A stretch of DNA of 62,947 nt, counting the filler, from Sphacelaria rigidula (Eukaryota): assembly GCA_964200075.2 (NCBI GenBank). It is 11 parts of 11 records of this genome, joined end to end, with 100 filler letters (N's around TTAATTAATTAA, not from the genome) between each part and the next. Parts side by side here need not be neighbours in the genome. Positions count along the whole stretch, not along the records: positions 34,393 to 40,023 come from CAXNAA020025718.1; positions 40,124 to 45,754 come from CAXNAA020025719.1; positions 45,855 to 51,485 come from CAXNAA020025720.1; 8 more parts are not named here. One strand, 5' to 3'. The notes beneath the pieces are model-generated. The model did no database searches. It saw only the letters and a list, made by a program, of their open reading frames with translations, and was not told where the DNA came from. Positions 35,574 through 48,230 of the stretch are shown piece after piece; position 1 is the first letter of the stretch, and each line of letters begins with the position of its first letter. A program made the position numbers and the translations under genes.

Positions 35574-36499
35574 GTAAGTTTCAATTGACAGGAAGCTGGG
35601 TGGAGTAGCATAAACACATCTGCGGTACACACCACCAGCGCCACACTACAGCAACATTCGAGTAAATACTCAAAGCACAATTCAAGTACATGCGAACGTC
35701 GGAACCATGTGCTTGCTGTTAGAGAAAAACGTCGGCAAAGTTCCTTGGGGTACCCTCCGGACGGACGTTCGAAGGTTTGAAGCTTTCTATAATTGACGAT
35801 GCTTGCCCCAGTTGGTCGGGGCCTTGTCAGTACGATTTCCCCAACAAAGACGTCGTAGGGGGATGTAATATGGTTGTTGCTGCATTGATCGATTTCATTG
35901 ACCGGTACTATAATATATCGTTTTTAATTGGTTCATTGATGTGACTGATTGTCGCGATTAACCCCCGAGGGATTCAGTCGTGGCGGTCATTATCCACATG
36001 ACAGACGTACCCCAAACGAAAACAAATGAAGCGCTCGCTGAAGGAAAAAAAAAGGCAGAACAGGTTGAACAGAACAACAGAGTAGACAAAGGCAGGAAAG
36101 GAAATATATGAAAATAAACGGACGGGAAAGAAATGGTAGGCCTCTGCCACATGGCTTCGGCGGAAAGATCCTACGCAGAACTATACTCATACCCAGCTGT
36201 AGGAAACAACAAGTCGTGGGAAACGAGAAGATTGCGACTCATCTACTGCAACCGCACCAATCGGGGGTACAGACCCCCTCATTCATGGACAAATACGATG
36301 AAGCGAGGTACCACACTGCTGTTATACACCGGCAGGAAAGTACACCTATATAGAGAGATGAATTGGGGGGAAGTAAGAGCAGAGAAAGGGACTCCAGAGG
36401 GCAGTAGAGCTGATACAGGCACACAGCAGGGAGCACCGCAGAGCCACCGACAAAGGACACAGTCAACACCCGATAGGGGCGAACATGATTCTCCAACTG

Positions 36500-37130
36500 G
36501 CGGCTCTCGACTCAGCATCCTCTCGTTTGTGACGGCGGTCCGGTTGCCGTTTGTCTTCGCGTCGCCACGTGTCCTCAACATTTTCCGCTCCCTTTTCGAC
36601 CCCAATAAGCTATTTGCCCATGTTCTTCGCCGCAGTGAACTGATCATATACACCGTTATCCTCGACGCCGTAGACGCATTATTTCCGTCGTGCTCCTTCG
36701 TGCGGGACAACCCCTAGTCCACGTAGGTCCTCCTGAAGGCGTTTCTCTCCTCGTTTGGGGGGGCAGCGAGCCTCCCTGGACCCCTGTGCGGTTAACCGTC
36801 CGACACTTTCTACGATATCCCCCCCCCTAAACCAGCCCAAAAGTGTCTCGAAAAAATGGTCATTCAGCGCCTGCTGTTTGGGTTCGGGCTACATGAAGCG
36901 CCTCATATGGGCGACATTGGCGAGAACCAACCCGAGCGTGGGAATTCCCAGCTGCTCGTTTTGCTCGGCCTTTTCAATTTCGGTTTACGTGACGATTTTT
37001 CGTCCCCAAAACAGGAACGCTTTTCGGGGGGCTATCGTAGGAAGTATCGTCCGTTCATGATGTGTTTAGGAAGGTGTGCTACCTTCTGCCGGATAAAGTT
37101 CCCCGCGAACCAGAGCGTTTCAATGCAGTA
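36500..37130 (-). mobile_element. Decayed RTE-like LINE 3' ORF fragment (family 2), interrupted by a MITE
   Basis: IETLWFAGNFIRQ..LPKHIMNGR|LTAQG..LQEDLRGLG..TAAKN.G....VEKGAE..WRRED resembles the RTE-clade RT C-terminus (LrwaGHv.R..RLPK.v..G). Confidence 0.7.
36803..37047. mobile_element. MITE with ACACT termini and perfect 6-bp TSD CGTCCG (copy 2)
   Basis: cgtccg|ACACTTTCTACGAT..ATCGTAGGAAGTAT|cgtccg. Excision restores LINE codons MNGRLTAQ. Confidence 0.88.
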
Positions 37131-37814
37131 CGATAATTGATGCATCGATTCGTGCGCAGTAATTTCTCGGCTTTCTGATCGGATGATCTCAACTCCCCAA
37201 AATTGTTTTTTCATCCACGACCCCAACATGTCGGTTATTTATCAGGATCCAAATTTGTATGGCGTGTAGTAGGTGTCAGTAGCTACCAGTAGGTGAAGAA
37301 GTGGAATTATATTTCGAATATTTGGTGTGGATACGAATATTTCAGTTTTCCGGGTTCTGATCCTCGATAAAAAATCCACCCCTAATTAGAAAAATCCCGT
37401 GTTATCCAGCTCAATCATTGTGAAAAAAAACGTGCAATCAAGGGTCGAATGGATAGCTGAAAACGTAAACGACTACCGTGTTTCGTGCGCACTATCATAC
37501 GATGGTATTTTGTAATCTTCCTCCAAGGTATGGGGATGAAGGAGTCATTCACATGCTGAAAGCCTGAAAACAGTTCAGGGAAAAATGCGTGGAAAGTGCT
37601 CATCGTCAGCCGACGAGAAACTCACCCATAAAGCGCCACACACAGAACATGTCGGGAAGTCAGAGGCTACCTACAACAGGTGTAAACTACGACCACTGTC
37701 TGAAGAAGACAAAACGGTCTGTTCGCAGTTGACACCTGGAGAATCAATTCGTCACCATCTTTTCAATGTGATTTATTGGTGTGTACTGGCAACTGAAACC
37801 ATGAAACGGCACAG

Positions 37815-38075
37815 ATGGTGATAGAAGAAGACCTGGATCTCCAACCCCTCACGACCAAGGAGATGTTGAATATTATCAACGGCACAAGTGTTTCACATGG
37901 AAGTATATCTTCCACTGGATGGTCAGAACGAACTTCGGGATTGCCAGGCAGCTTCAACCGGAGCCCGAGAGCCGGCTCTGTGGCCAGCGTGAACAGCAGC
38001 TCTAGTTGTACGACCGCCAGGCCCATGGGGACATCACGTATCGGGCATGTGCAAGCCAGAACATGGGCCGGCCAG
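37815..38075 (+). CDS. Exon, probably of the same gene as 34664-35573
   Basis: ggcacag|ATG...CAG|gtaaag, phase 0/0. Joins to give LDFLCD-MVIEEDLDLQPLTTKEMLNIING. Confidence 0.7.
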
Positions 38076-38440
38076 GTAAAGATCGGTTGATTGAATAGGG
38101 GGACAAGTGGAATATCAGGAGAGAAATAACAGAGTAGTATATAGCGGGAATGAAGGGAAGAAAAGAAAAGAAAAGTGATGAACGTCAGGTCATATTCTAG
38201 CACCGGCTTCAAGGGAAACCCTCGGCGGGCCCCTGCTAGAAGTAATGCCGTGCGAGCAGGTCGGGATTTGGGGAGGAACCACATTATTCGGGCATGAATC
38301 ATCCGCCAGCTCTGCAGGGGTGGCAAACATATATTGAGACCGCCCAGAGAAAGGAAAATAACAGGAAGAGGGAAACGAAAGAAGAGAAAGGAAGGGGATT
38401 GAAAGTAGTCCAAAAGAAACAAATCGAAACAAAAGCAGCA

Positions 38441-38864
38441 AACAGTGGATTTTCGAAAATGGGGTTGAAAAACAAAATGAGGTCAAACTCAAAAGCCGTG
38501 ATTTCGCTGCAACCTAAATTCATGAGAAATAACTTTCATACGGACGACCTCCTCCTTCCCGATCTCCCAAAACCTATTTCGGGGGGTTCCTAGCTTATCG
38601 TTCCCCCAAAGGATATGTGCGAAAGCATAATTTTACCTCGATTTCGGAGTGGAAAAAGGGCGTTTTGGCCCAAAAACCGAGCTTCCGCAGATACCCCTTG
38701 CGGGAACGGAAGGCTAGAAATCCCTCGAAATAGTTTTAGGGGGATCGGGAGGGATGAGGTCGTCCATATGAAAGTCATTTGTCATTTTATTTAGGTCAGG
38801 GAAAGCACGGCGTTCGAGTTGAACCTCATTTGTTTTTTAAGCTCATTTTCGTGAATCCGCTGTT
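38441..38864. mobile_element. Foldback-type MITE with ~190-bp inverted arms
   Basis: 38441-38627 is an imperfect reverse complement of 38680-38864. The end of a second copy lies at 1-76. Confidence 0.85.
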
Positions 38865-40534
38865 GGCAATTGGAAGGAGACGGAAGGAGACGAAAGGGAA
38901 AGAAAGAAACCGAAAGAAAACAAAAGAAAACAAAACGAAACCCTGTTGGGCGCACTGTGCAGGGTGCGTACAGGGTCCTCCACAGTCTTTGTGAAAAAAC
39001 CCTGACAGTGAAATGCAAAATCTATACCCATCGCAGCGTTTTGATAGGGTTTTCCCCAGGGTTGGATTTGCAGCCCTGTGTAGACACGTCAGCAAAGCCC
39101 TGCACAATTATGTGGTAGTGTTTCGGTGAAAAACCTCAAGTTTTTTTTTCGAAAATTCAAAATATTTTGGTACAACATTTGTAAATTTATTTATCTTCAA
39201 TACCTTGTCCTCCTGTCCGAGGTAAATTCCTCTTCACCTGATTTGAGTCGAGCGGAAGAAATTCATTTTGGACACCAGGTCAATCTAGATCCAAAACAGA
39301 TCCTTTTCTCGCCCGGTTAATTCCGGCAAAGAAAAGGATTTATTCAGAACAGCAGAAGAAGCTGTTCAAGATCGACAATTTTTTCGCCCATTTTCGAGAT
39401 GAGCAAAAGAGAATCTATTTCGAACAGCTCCTTTTGCTGCGCAAATCCCATGCACACTGGCAGATTCGGAATTTGACCGGCAGAAGAAGCTCGAAATAAA
39501 TATTTACTTTTCCCTCCAATTCATCCAGAGATTGGGGGAAAATAAATTCATGGCGAGCAGCGTCAGCTGCTGGGCAAATCCCGCATACTGCATCGTCACC
39601 GGCGCATGGGATCCGACACGCAGAAAAATTTGCTGAAAGGTATTCATCCTTTTGCCCCCGAGTCGATGTGTACATGGGCTGAAGGATGAATAGCTCTCAA
39701 CCGCTTTCGCTGAACAGAGATCCCACACGTTGATTACGTGTGTGTGTCCACACCAGTGCTTCGTGTGAAGCCCCTGGGAAGGTGGGAAGATTCCCGATGA
39801 TCGGGTGTACCTCGTCAATCTATGTACATTTTCTCCAAAACCCCTTCTTCCGTTGTCTACTAACACGAACCATGTTTAGAAAATATCACTTAATCAATCG
39901 TATATGACTAGTATATATCTGGACCATCACTCCGTGTATTTATCACCGCACACAAATCGAACATCACCAAAAGCACCCGCCCGCACAACAGTGCTATTAT
40001 TCCGCCCAGCTATACCACCACAANNNNNNNNNNNNNNNNNNNNNNNNNNNNNNNNNNNNNNNNNNNNTTAATTAATTAANNNNNNNNNNNNNNNNNNNNN
40101 NNNNNNNNNNNNNNNNNNNNNNNCATCATACTAAAACCAAATATTTTACAGACGAATCATTATTTGTCCGACCCGTGCATCCTTGTGTGCTTGGTGAAGA
40201 GCGGTCTGATCAGGTAATCGATGTCACGGCTTCATTTTGCTTGATTTTATCGCAAGACTAGTGGAAGTTTTTCACACCGTGAGTAATAGATTACACTGTC
40301 AGAAATTATACTGTACTGTACGTAGTACATCGTACACTTTTCTGACAGAATGATTTCTTGTCCAGGATTTGAATAATTTATTCTCTCAATCATCCCACCC
40401 ACCTGTATATATTAATGTATACACTTTGAGGCTAGTAGACCACGGACTCGTCCCGAGGAAGGAGAGGGGTTCAAAGTGCGACAAATAAGTGAAAAAAAAT
40501 GTATGCATATCTATATTTCTGCATTTTGTCTCGT

Positions 40535-40715
40535 TTTTTGTGTTCACTGATTGTAGTTGGATAGACACGGATGGATATTTTGTTTCGATTTTTGTTGCCC
40601 TTGTCTCGTATTTTGTGCGTGTACTGACTCTACTTGGATAAGCATATCGTTTGTTTGTTTTTTGCCTCATTTTTTGTGTACTGACTGTAGTTGGATAAGT
40701 ATATCGTTTGTTTAA
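40535..40715. repeat. Short degenerate tandem repeat x3
   Basis: actga.tgtagttggata..atatcgtttgttt recurs at ~40546, 40622 and 40680. Confidence 0.6.
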
Positions 40716-41656
40716 TGTGACTTTTTACACACTATCCCTTCTCGATTTTGTCTTTATGTTGTTATCTTGTGTCATGGGATAAAATGTGTTTTGTCACTGT
40801 CACTGAGAGTGTTGGTCCGAGTGCAACGGGTCCCTGGGCGGTGAACGTACTAGTTCCCACGAAGTGCCTATGGAAATTCCGGTCCCCTTTACAACATCCC
40901 ACGATAGGTTATTCCTCACTGCCCAAGAGCTTGCTAGCTATCCGGTTCCTAACCGGTTACTGCAGGCCTCTCTGTGCTGCACTCCGATTGATTGATTGAT
41001 TATCTCACATTAGCTGATCGCAACAATCTAGCCCGTGCTCAGGAGCAGCAGAAAAGGACAGAAAAAGAAAAGAAGGAAAGAAACAGAGAACGAAAAAGAC
41101 CGAAGCAACAGCCACAGAAAGGAAAGAAGAAAGGAAACGACGACAACACCAACAAACAACAAAACAGCAATACATCCATAACAACTATTAATATGTGCAT
41201 GTAGTACGTACATCCACGAACCGAACCTCTTTAACCACAGTTGAGCGCTGGTGACAGCATTCGCGGTTGCTAGCCTTTCGTGGGAGGACATCGTCGTGAG
41301 ATACACGAGGAAATGCCAATGTCTTTGCCCGAATGCTCCATATCGTCACTTTTTGCTGTTGTAATTTATTCATCGTTGCTATTATTTACCGATTGTCGTT
41401 TTTATTTTTTAAATTTAGTTGAATTTCGTTTTATTAGTTTGATATTACTCATTCCTTTTTATCGTGTTTCACTTTCTTCATTATATTTTATGTTGTTTTT
41501 GTCACTATCGTTATTATTCATTCATGTTGATTTTTTAGATGTAATTTTGGGATTTTCATTGTTCAATGTTGCCACCGTTGCCGTTGTTCTCATTTGAATC
41601 ATTCATTCGTCGTCATTTGTCATTATTGTCGTCTCATCATGTATATCGTTTCGCAG

Positions 41657-41797
41657 ACAGCGCCATCGTTGGGGGGGCAGAGTAAGCGAGACGAACTCTT
41701 CGGGGGTAAGCGGGATGTGGAAATGGGATCCGGAACCGCCGAGGGAAAACTGGACGAGGCGGATCACATCCAGGACAAGACAGAAGAAGCATATAAG
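41657..41797 (+). CDS. NPSN/VTI1-like Qb-SNARE, exon
   Basis: ttcgcag|...AAG|gtttaa, 47 codons: KRDELFGG..KLDEADHIQDKTEEAYK. Confidence 0.85.
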
Positions 41798-41859
41798 GTT
41801 TAATGCGAATTTAGTTGAATGTTTGATTGGTTAATTGATTGATTGGCTCGTTTGTTAGT

Positions 41860-41965
41860 ATTCGCAAAGAAGCGCTTCCCGCGTGGTCTCCCACCGTGGT
41901 ACCATGTCACGTAATTCGCAGAGCTGACGGGATGTGGTGCAACTGACCTGAGGACAGTTGAACGC
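41860..41965 (-). pseudogene. 5S rRNA-derived copy (pseudogene or SINE3 head) with internal deletion
   Basis: The minus strand contains GCACCACATCCCGTCAGCTCTGCGAA and GTACCACGGTGGGAGACCACGCGGGAA, both conserved eukaryotic 5S blocks. A CAAT-type tail follows (41821-41847). Confidence 0.75.
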
Positions 41966-44365
41966 TGCATGTTTCAATTCTTGACTGCACCGTAACAACC
42001 TCACTGAGTTCTGCTCGTTTCATGCGTGGAGAGCGCGTTCCTGATGTCCCCGTTGTTTTCGTGATTACGGTACCTGAGATGAATTTTGTTCCTCGTGATT
42101 ACGGTACCCTAGAAAAAAGCTCGGTTACGGTATTTTTCGTATGGATTCCCTGTTCTTGTTGCACAAGCATGATGGGCAGACCATAACACGTTTTAGACAT
42201 GATTTCATCCGTGAGCGACCGAGCGCTCTTCAAGATGATGATATTTTGTCTTGCAGGATATATACATACGTATACATATATGATGTGTTTGTTATGTGCC
42301 GTGTTTTTCACACGCTGGACAATGGATTACAGTGTCGAAGAGTGTACTGTGCACAGTATGGGATCTATTGTTTATTGAAATGTACGCAGTAGTAGATACT
42401 GTACCCAGTACACTTTTTGACAATGGAATTTACTGTCCAGGGTGTGATATTTTTTTTACGTTGCGGGGTTTTTTTATATTTCGCCTTGTGCATGCGAGAA
42501 CGGAAGAGAGCCATATTCGTATTCAATTTCTTTCCATGGTGTCCTTGTGTGGAAGGGAGAAATGAAGGGAGATATCCATATTCGGATTGACTCCCGTGGC
42601 CCACACGGCAAACGTGGCGAAACAAAATCCACCATCACCCAGGATAGCATATCGCTGCTCTTTGCTGCCCAGACAACCGGGACATGGTGAACTGACACGT
42701 GTCGACACCCTGAAGCCGATTGTGTGTATATCTGCGGAGAATTTTTGGATCTTGAGTGCAGGAAAGGAGCCTCTCGTACTCTCAAAAACCTTGGCGCAGG
42801 GGGGGGGGGAGGGGGCTGAAGCTCAGGGCGTGTCCCATCAAATTATTTTTTGATCGAAAACGTGCGGTGGAAAAAGCAAAATTGCGATCTGATAGGTCGC
42901 CATTTATGTCCACGTCATTCATGTTGAAGTAAAGATCTGTCAGATAGTAATTTTGTTTTTCCCACCACACGTTTTCCATCAAAAATATTTTGCATAGAGG
43001 CGCTCTCACAAGTCAGTTTTCAACGAGGTAACGAAGAACCGCACGCTAGATAACACCCCCTTGAACAAACATCCTCGGAGGATGGTACGTACTTAGGCTG
43101 CTTTTTGGCACCATGTCGTTACGAGCCGTCCTTACTGTATGAGGGTCTGTTGAATATCGCCCCCTGCTAAAGGATGAAGGATGATGAATACGAGAGTACG
43201 TTGTGGAACGAACAAAAGGATAAAATGACAGGCTCCTGGGTTAAGGCGGAAGGGGGGGTTGATGTCGCCATGGTACCAAATGGCTTCTGCGATGAAGCCC
43301 ATGGTTCATTCAAATGATCCCTATGCTTTTTTGTTCTATTTTTAACCTTTCCCCCGCACCCTCCTTCCTCGGGACGAGTCGGTGGTGTTGAGGCATGAAT
43401 CCATGTTATTTTTGCCTCGGAAACTTTCCCGCCTTTGACCATTTTATTAACCGAGTGTTCAAATAGCACTTCCTCAGCGCGGCGACTCTCGTCTATTTTC
43501 GGGTTGGTTGATCACGGCTGTTGCGCTTTCCATAAGAGAAGATGATCAAAATAGTGTCGAGATTCTAATCCTAACACTCCTTACTTTCTTCTTGTTTTTT
43601 TTGCATATGAGCTCGATCTCTCGAACCCGTGGTGACAGACGGAGGCTCGCCTTTTCAGTACCGTAACAGCAAATTGTTACGTGGGATGAATCTCTCACTG
43701 CTCCTTTTAAGACACAAATGAAGCAAAAAGAGAGAGGCAGAGAGATAGAGGTACCGATACAGAAACAGAGACAAGGACGGACGTGACAAAAAGTGAAAAG
43801 AAAAAAGCCTGCCCCCGAGTTGGTCGGGGTGTGGTGAAACAAACGCATGAGAACTGCCAATAAAGTGAACACCGAAAAAACTAAAAATATAGGGAAGAGG
43901 ACAAGAATGAGCTGAAGGGGATTCCAAGCGAGAGGTAATCAACAAACGCAGGTACCCTCATAGAACAACTTCGGTGTTGTTCGGAAGATGGCCGACGCAC
44001 TAGCGAAGGTACTACTCGCCGGTCTAGTCGTCACATATCGGTGGTCCTCGATAGATGCAGAGGAAACGCTAGCGGTAACACAGCATACGGGTCCTGAGTA
44101 TGGCGCGCCTTGATACAGACTGTCATGTACATCTAATTGGTCCCCTCCTCTATGATCCGGCATCATGATATTCTGCCCAAATTGACCGTCCGGGTGAGTT
44201 ACTCTTGGAAGTGTGACGAAACAATCAACGTGTCCCCTTCCCCACCCCACCCCATCCTACCTCCACGCATTCGTGTCCGCATCTGTACCTCTCTCCCTTC
44301 CATAAAAATATAACTCCATCGACTAAATGTACGATGGAAACATGAATGAAATATTATCTCCACAG

Positions 44366-44542
44366 AACATGATCGGAGTACTCCAGGAGACGGAGCAGTC
44401 GGCGAACACGACAGCTGTTGAACTGACGAATCAACGGGAACAGATCGGACGTATAACGGAAGACGCTATCGAGATCGACACGTTGTTGGGGAGGGCCGAC
44501 CGGCTGGTGAAGGTGTTCTCAAAGCGGATGATGACCGATAAA
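44366..44542 (+). CDS. NPSN-like Qb-SNARE, SNARE-motif exon
   Basis: ccacag|...AAA|gtgagc. ETEQSANTTAVELTNQREQI..IDTLLGRADRLVKVFSKRMMTDK has the central Gln layer and an NPSN-type R..TDK end. Confidence 0.9.
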
Positions 44543-45356
44543 GTGAGCGATGTACTACACCTTGGGTTCGTGGTGGCGAATTTTGTTGGAAGTTAATGTT
44601 TTTTTTCGTCCACGTATCTGATATATATGTTTCTCTGTTTTTTTTTCCGTTTTTCTTCCTACTTTTTCTTTTATCTTCAATTTTTCAACTTTCCAGCACC
44701 TCCCAATAAACAAATGTCTTACAGTGGTTCCCAGGGTCGATGGCCCACTTTTTAACATGGTTTGACACGCGCTAGAAACGAGAGTGAAAACCCACGTGTG
44801 ACGGAGAACGGTATTCAGAACCGTCCTGGGCACGTTCTTTTAGAAAGGTATCACGACGCGTGACCCTGATACTCACGCACAACGCCTCACCACTACCTAG
44901 CGTAAAACGTTTTTTCTTGTCGCTTGTCTTGGTTCAGTTTACTCCGTTCGTTTTGTGTTTCTTTTTTCGTCTTATCCTTTTCTCGGCTTTCCTTTTCAGT
45001 GAGACGTCTATCTTGATTGGAGCAATTCATGTGCGACAATAACTCAATCAATGAAAATCAATCAGTGTCGGTTAGCATCAGTCAGTACATTCAAGAGTCC
45101 CCAACGATGAGATATCTCACTAAAAGTATAGGGATATAAGAGAGTTGAAAAGTAAGTCAAGATCTGTGTGAGCAAATACACTGGGATATGACGATAAACT
45201 AGTGCATATCGCTACATTGAAACTGATACTTCGTATTAACCAGTACTCCTCAACCCTCCCCTCCCCCTCCACTCCCTCCTCCACCCCTGTCCCACGCTCC
45301 ATCGCTCTCGCTCATCGTGGGGTATGACGTACTCGTTCGCTGTCCTGATAACGCAG

Positions 45357-45485
45357 TTTATCCAACTTTTCAGTTGCTTGAACGTTTCGGCGTTATTGGC
45401 CATCATTCTGTACGTGCTGATCGAGAAAGTCGGTCTGCCCAGCAGCGATGACGCGGACGACCCACCGGACCCGACGGATGCTTGA
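45357..45485 (+). CDS. NPSN-like Qb-SNARE, terminal exon with transmembrane helix
   Basis: aacgcag|TTT in phase 0: FIQLFSCLNVSALLAIILYVLIEKVGLPSSDDADDPPDPTDA*. Confidence 0.88.
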   Translation, partial: FIQLFSCLNVSALLAIILYVLIEKVGLPSSDDADDPPDPTDA

Positions 45486-45697
45486 TACAGCATACTACTA
45501 GTTTGATGAAGTGAAAGTGTGCAACGATTAATAGCATGTGTTTCTTTCTCCAGTTGTGTGTGTGTGTGTGTGTGTGTGTTTTTTTTCTCGTCCTCGTTTG
45601 TCCTCCTGTTCTCCTTGTTTCTTTCGTTGTGCTGTCAAGCCATTTTTATTGTTCGTTTCGAGTTTTTGTTGTTGCTTTTTTCCCTTCCCTCTCCCCC

Positions 45698-45754
<57 letters not shown>

Positions 45755-47143
45755 NNNNNNNNNNNNNNNNNNNNNNNNNNNNNNNNNNNNNNNNNNNNTT
45801 AATTAATTAANNNNNNNNNNNNNNNNNNNNNNNNNNNNNNNNNNNNNNNNNNNNGACGTAAAAGCTCCAAAAAGACATTTTTCCGGGTTTTTATTTTTGT
45901 CTATTATAGGAAGCGGCCTAACTACGGTATCGACGAGGGAAAAGAGGCTGTCGGACTTTTTCTCGCGATAAAAGTGAAGGTAAAGAGGAAGAAAAAATAG
46001 CTTACACCGGGGTGCGGGTAGTCCATCTTTTCCCCAGTGAAAATTGATGCCGATTCAGCAGGTGACTTACCCCTCGCGGTCCAAGGGTTAATAACCTGAC
46101 GTTCCTCCCGTATGATTCTGGCTGGTGTTTCCACATGTATCGAAACGTGCAGACGTCCAATATGAATGAGACGAAAGAACGCACATACACGTACGCGTAT
46201 ATATATATATATATATATATTACATGCATATATAGCTGTCTTTTTCCATCGGATCATCCGGATCCATCCGCCGAACTAGAAGATGACACACGGTGAACGT
46301 TTGGTTGGATTATTTGATTGATTGTCACGGTACTGTATAGCGAACGTATGACCTTATGGAATATGACTGCGGTCAGCTCGCCGAAGATCACGTCTTGATG
46401 ACGGGGTATGGTGGTGCTGGTCCAGTCCTTAGCGTCGGAATATCAGGAGGGTCAAAACATATCCAAGTGCTGAATGATACGTCCTACTGTATCGTGAAAC
46501 GTTTTTAACGCCTGGTTCGTGTGCGTTATTGCAGAATAGCTTTTCGGTATTTATTTATCTTGTTCCCTCATTCCAAAAAATTAAAAAAAATCCAAACCAC
46601 CACACCCCAACCTAACTCGAACCCCAATTCCCCCCAGATAGTGAATGGAGTTTGAACCTAATACCCCCTTCAAGTATAAATAATTTACAATTTTGTCATT
46701 TCATCTATATGAACTTAATTTTAATGTACATTAATTGAAATTAATTTATTAATTGGTTGGTTGGTTGGGATCGGAATTGTTGGTTGTTTGTTTCGTTCAT
46801 GAATGATTTAATTTTATTTTTAGGGCAAGGGAAAGGCAAGATATATATCATCATCCTATCGGCCGTGTATGTATTTATAGCACGTCTTGGATTCCCGTCT
46901 GTGTTACTGCTGTGAGAGGTGCGTCTGACCCAACTCGGCTACAAACTGTCTATTCATGGTTGACAGACACATTATTTGAAACAACGCTGAACCCCAACCC
47001 TAACCCCAACACGAGGCATACCGAGAGGTTGTTGCAAAGGGTTCCCTGGGCAAGATGCGCGTTGGCAGACCTCGAACCGGCACCTGACTTACATAAAAAC
47101 GAGCTTTGCACACGCTATTAATAGGAGCACTTGGCACTTCATG

Positions 47144-47513
47144 TGGCCGGTCGCCCCGGTGGCTCAGTTGGTAACCTCGACACCTTCTGACGGTTGGGTC
47201 GTGGGTTCAAATCTCAGAGCGATATGGGTTTTTCTCACACCATGCCCAACAGTGGAGAGCGACTATGTCGTGGGTACACAAAATTCGCCGTAACGGTCGA
47301 CGAGAAAAAGGGACTGCTGACCCACTCTCGCGATGAAAAAGAACGGCAAACACCGCAGAAGGGAGACGGAGTACTGAAAGCAAGCAACAAGAAAAACTGC
47401 TGTGTTGACCGTCCTCCTGTGTCACCCCGGCTGGTGCGCCCACATATACCGAAAGGCGTAGACCGGCGTCCAGAATAGATGGCACGACAATACACAACAC
47501 ACACACACACACA
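47144..47513 (+). mobile_element. Full-length tRNA-derived SINE family A (~370 bp, (CA)n tail)
   Basis: A-box TGGCTCAGTTGG, B-box GGTTCAAATC, unique body and CA tail. Three other partial copies are in the window. Confidence 0.85.
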
Positions 47514-47847
47514 TACTTGGTACTGTCAACCTGGGTAAAGATCCGAACATCGGTGTTCTCACTCAAAATCAAGTAATACCAAAAAAAATCATGGGAGGAT
47601 TGTACGTACGTTGCCAGACGGGGACGAACTCTACTGGTTCTGTACAGTATGTATTATAATAGTCCGTTCTGCCGGCAGTTTGAGGTGTGAAGGTTTTATC
47701 TCATACACACACTACACTTGGTTGATGTCGCTACCCATCTATATAGCCAGGCGTTTGGCATTTTTTTTTTCATTTTTTTCCCGTGTTATCGTGATTGAGA
47801 TACGATATCTTGTGTTTGTGTATGTTGTGTGTATGTCTTGTGTGCAG

Positions 47848-47990
47848 GCACGCTTTCCAGCCCGCAGCGAAGCACCTCAAGCGGGTTGTGGTATTGTTGC
47901 GAGACCCTGGAGCTGATTATCGAGCTCGCGGAGGCGTGTCCATCGTTTATTCGACCGCGGGTCGCTCAGTTTGTCCGGGGCATGGTGCAG
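47848..47990 (+). CDS. Exon of an importin-beta family (importin-5/4-like) HEAT-repeat protein
   Basis: tgtgcag|...CAG|gtgagg. ETLELIIELAEACPSFIRPRVAQFVRGMVQ resembles the importin-5 LxxLIELAxxxPKFLRP segment. Confidence 0.65.
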
Positions 47991-48230
47991 GTGAGGGGCA
48001 TGTTGGAGTTGGAGTGCTTTTGCGGTACGAGCTGGGCCAACCTAAACGCGGATTCGAAGTTTATAGGCCCATGCGCCGGCCAATATTTCGAGTTGGAGCG
48101 TATAATTTGGTATGGGTATTGCATGCATAAGGCATGATATTTTTTTTGACGAAAGCACCAAATGTTTTATTTTTCTTTCCATGAGTTGAGGGCATTTTAC
48201 TGATATACCTGAACACTGGTTGTTGCCCTT

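Noticed and set aside
37763..38422. 219-aa hydrophobic minus-strand ORF
   Set aside because: Antisense to a well-spliced plus-strand exon and a purine-rich intron tract; the Phe/Leu richness is compositional.
45519..45810. Poly-Pro ORFs and other ORFs running into X residues
   Set aside because: Artefacts of poly-C runs and N spacers at contig ends.
47153..47225. Functional tRNA genes at the SINE heads (also 11304, 13895, 18566)
   Set aside because: A/B boxes are present, but there is no intact acceptor or anticodon stem, and they continue into shared SINE bodies.
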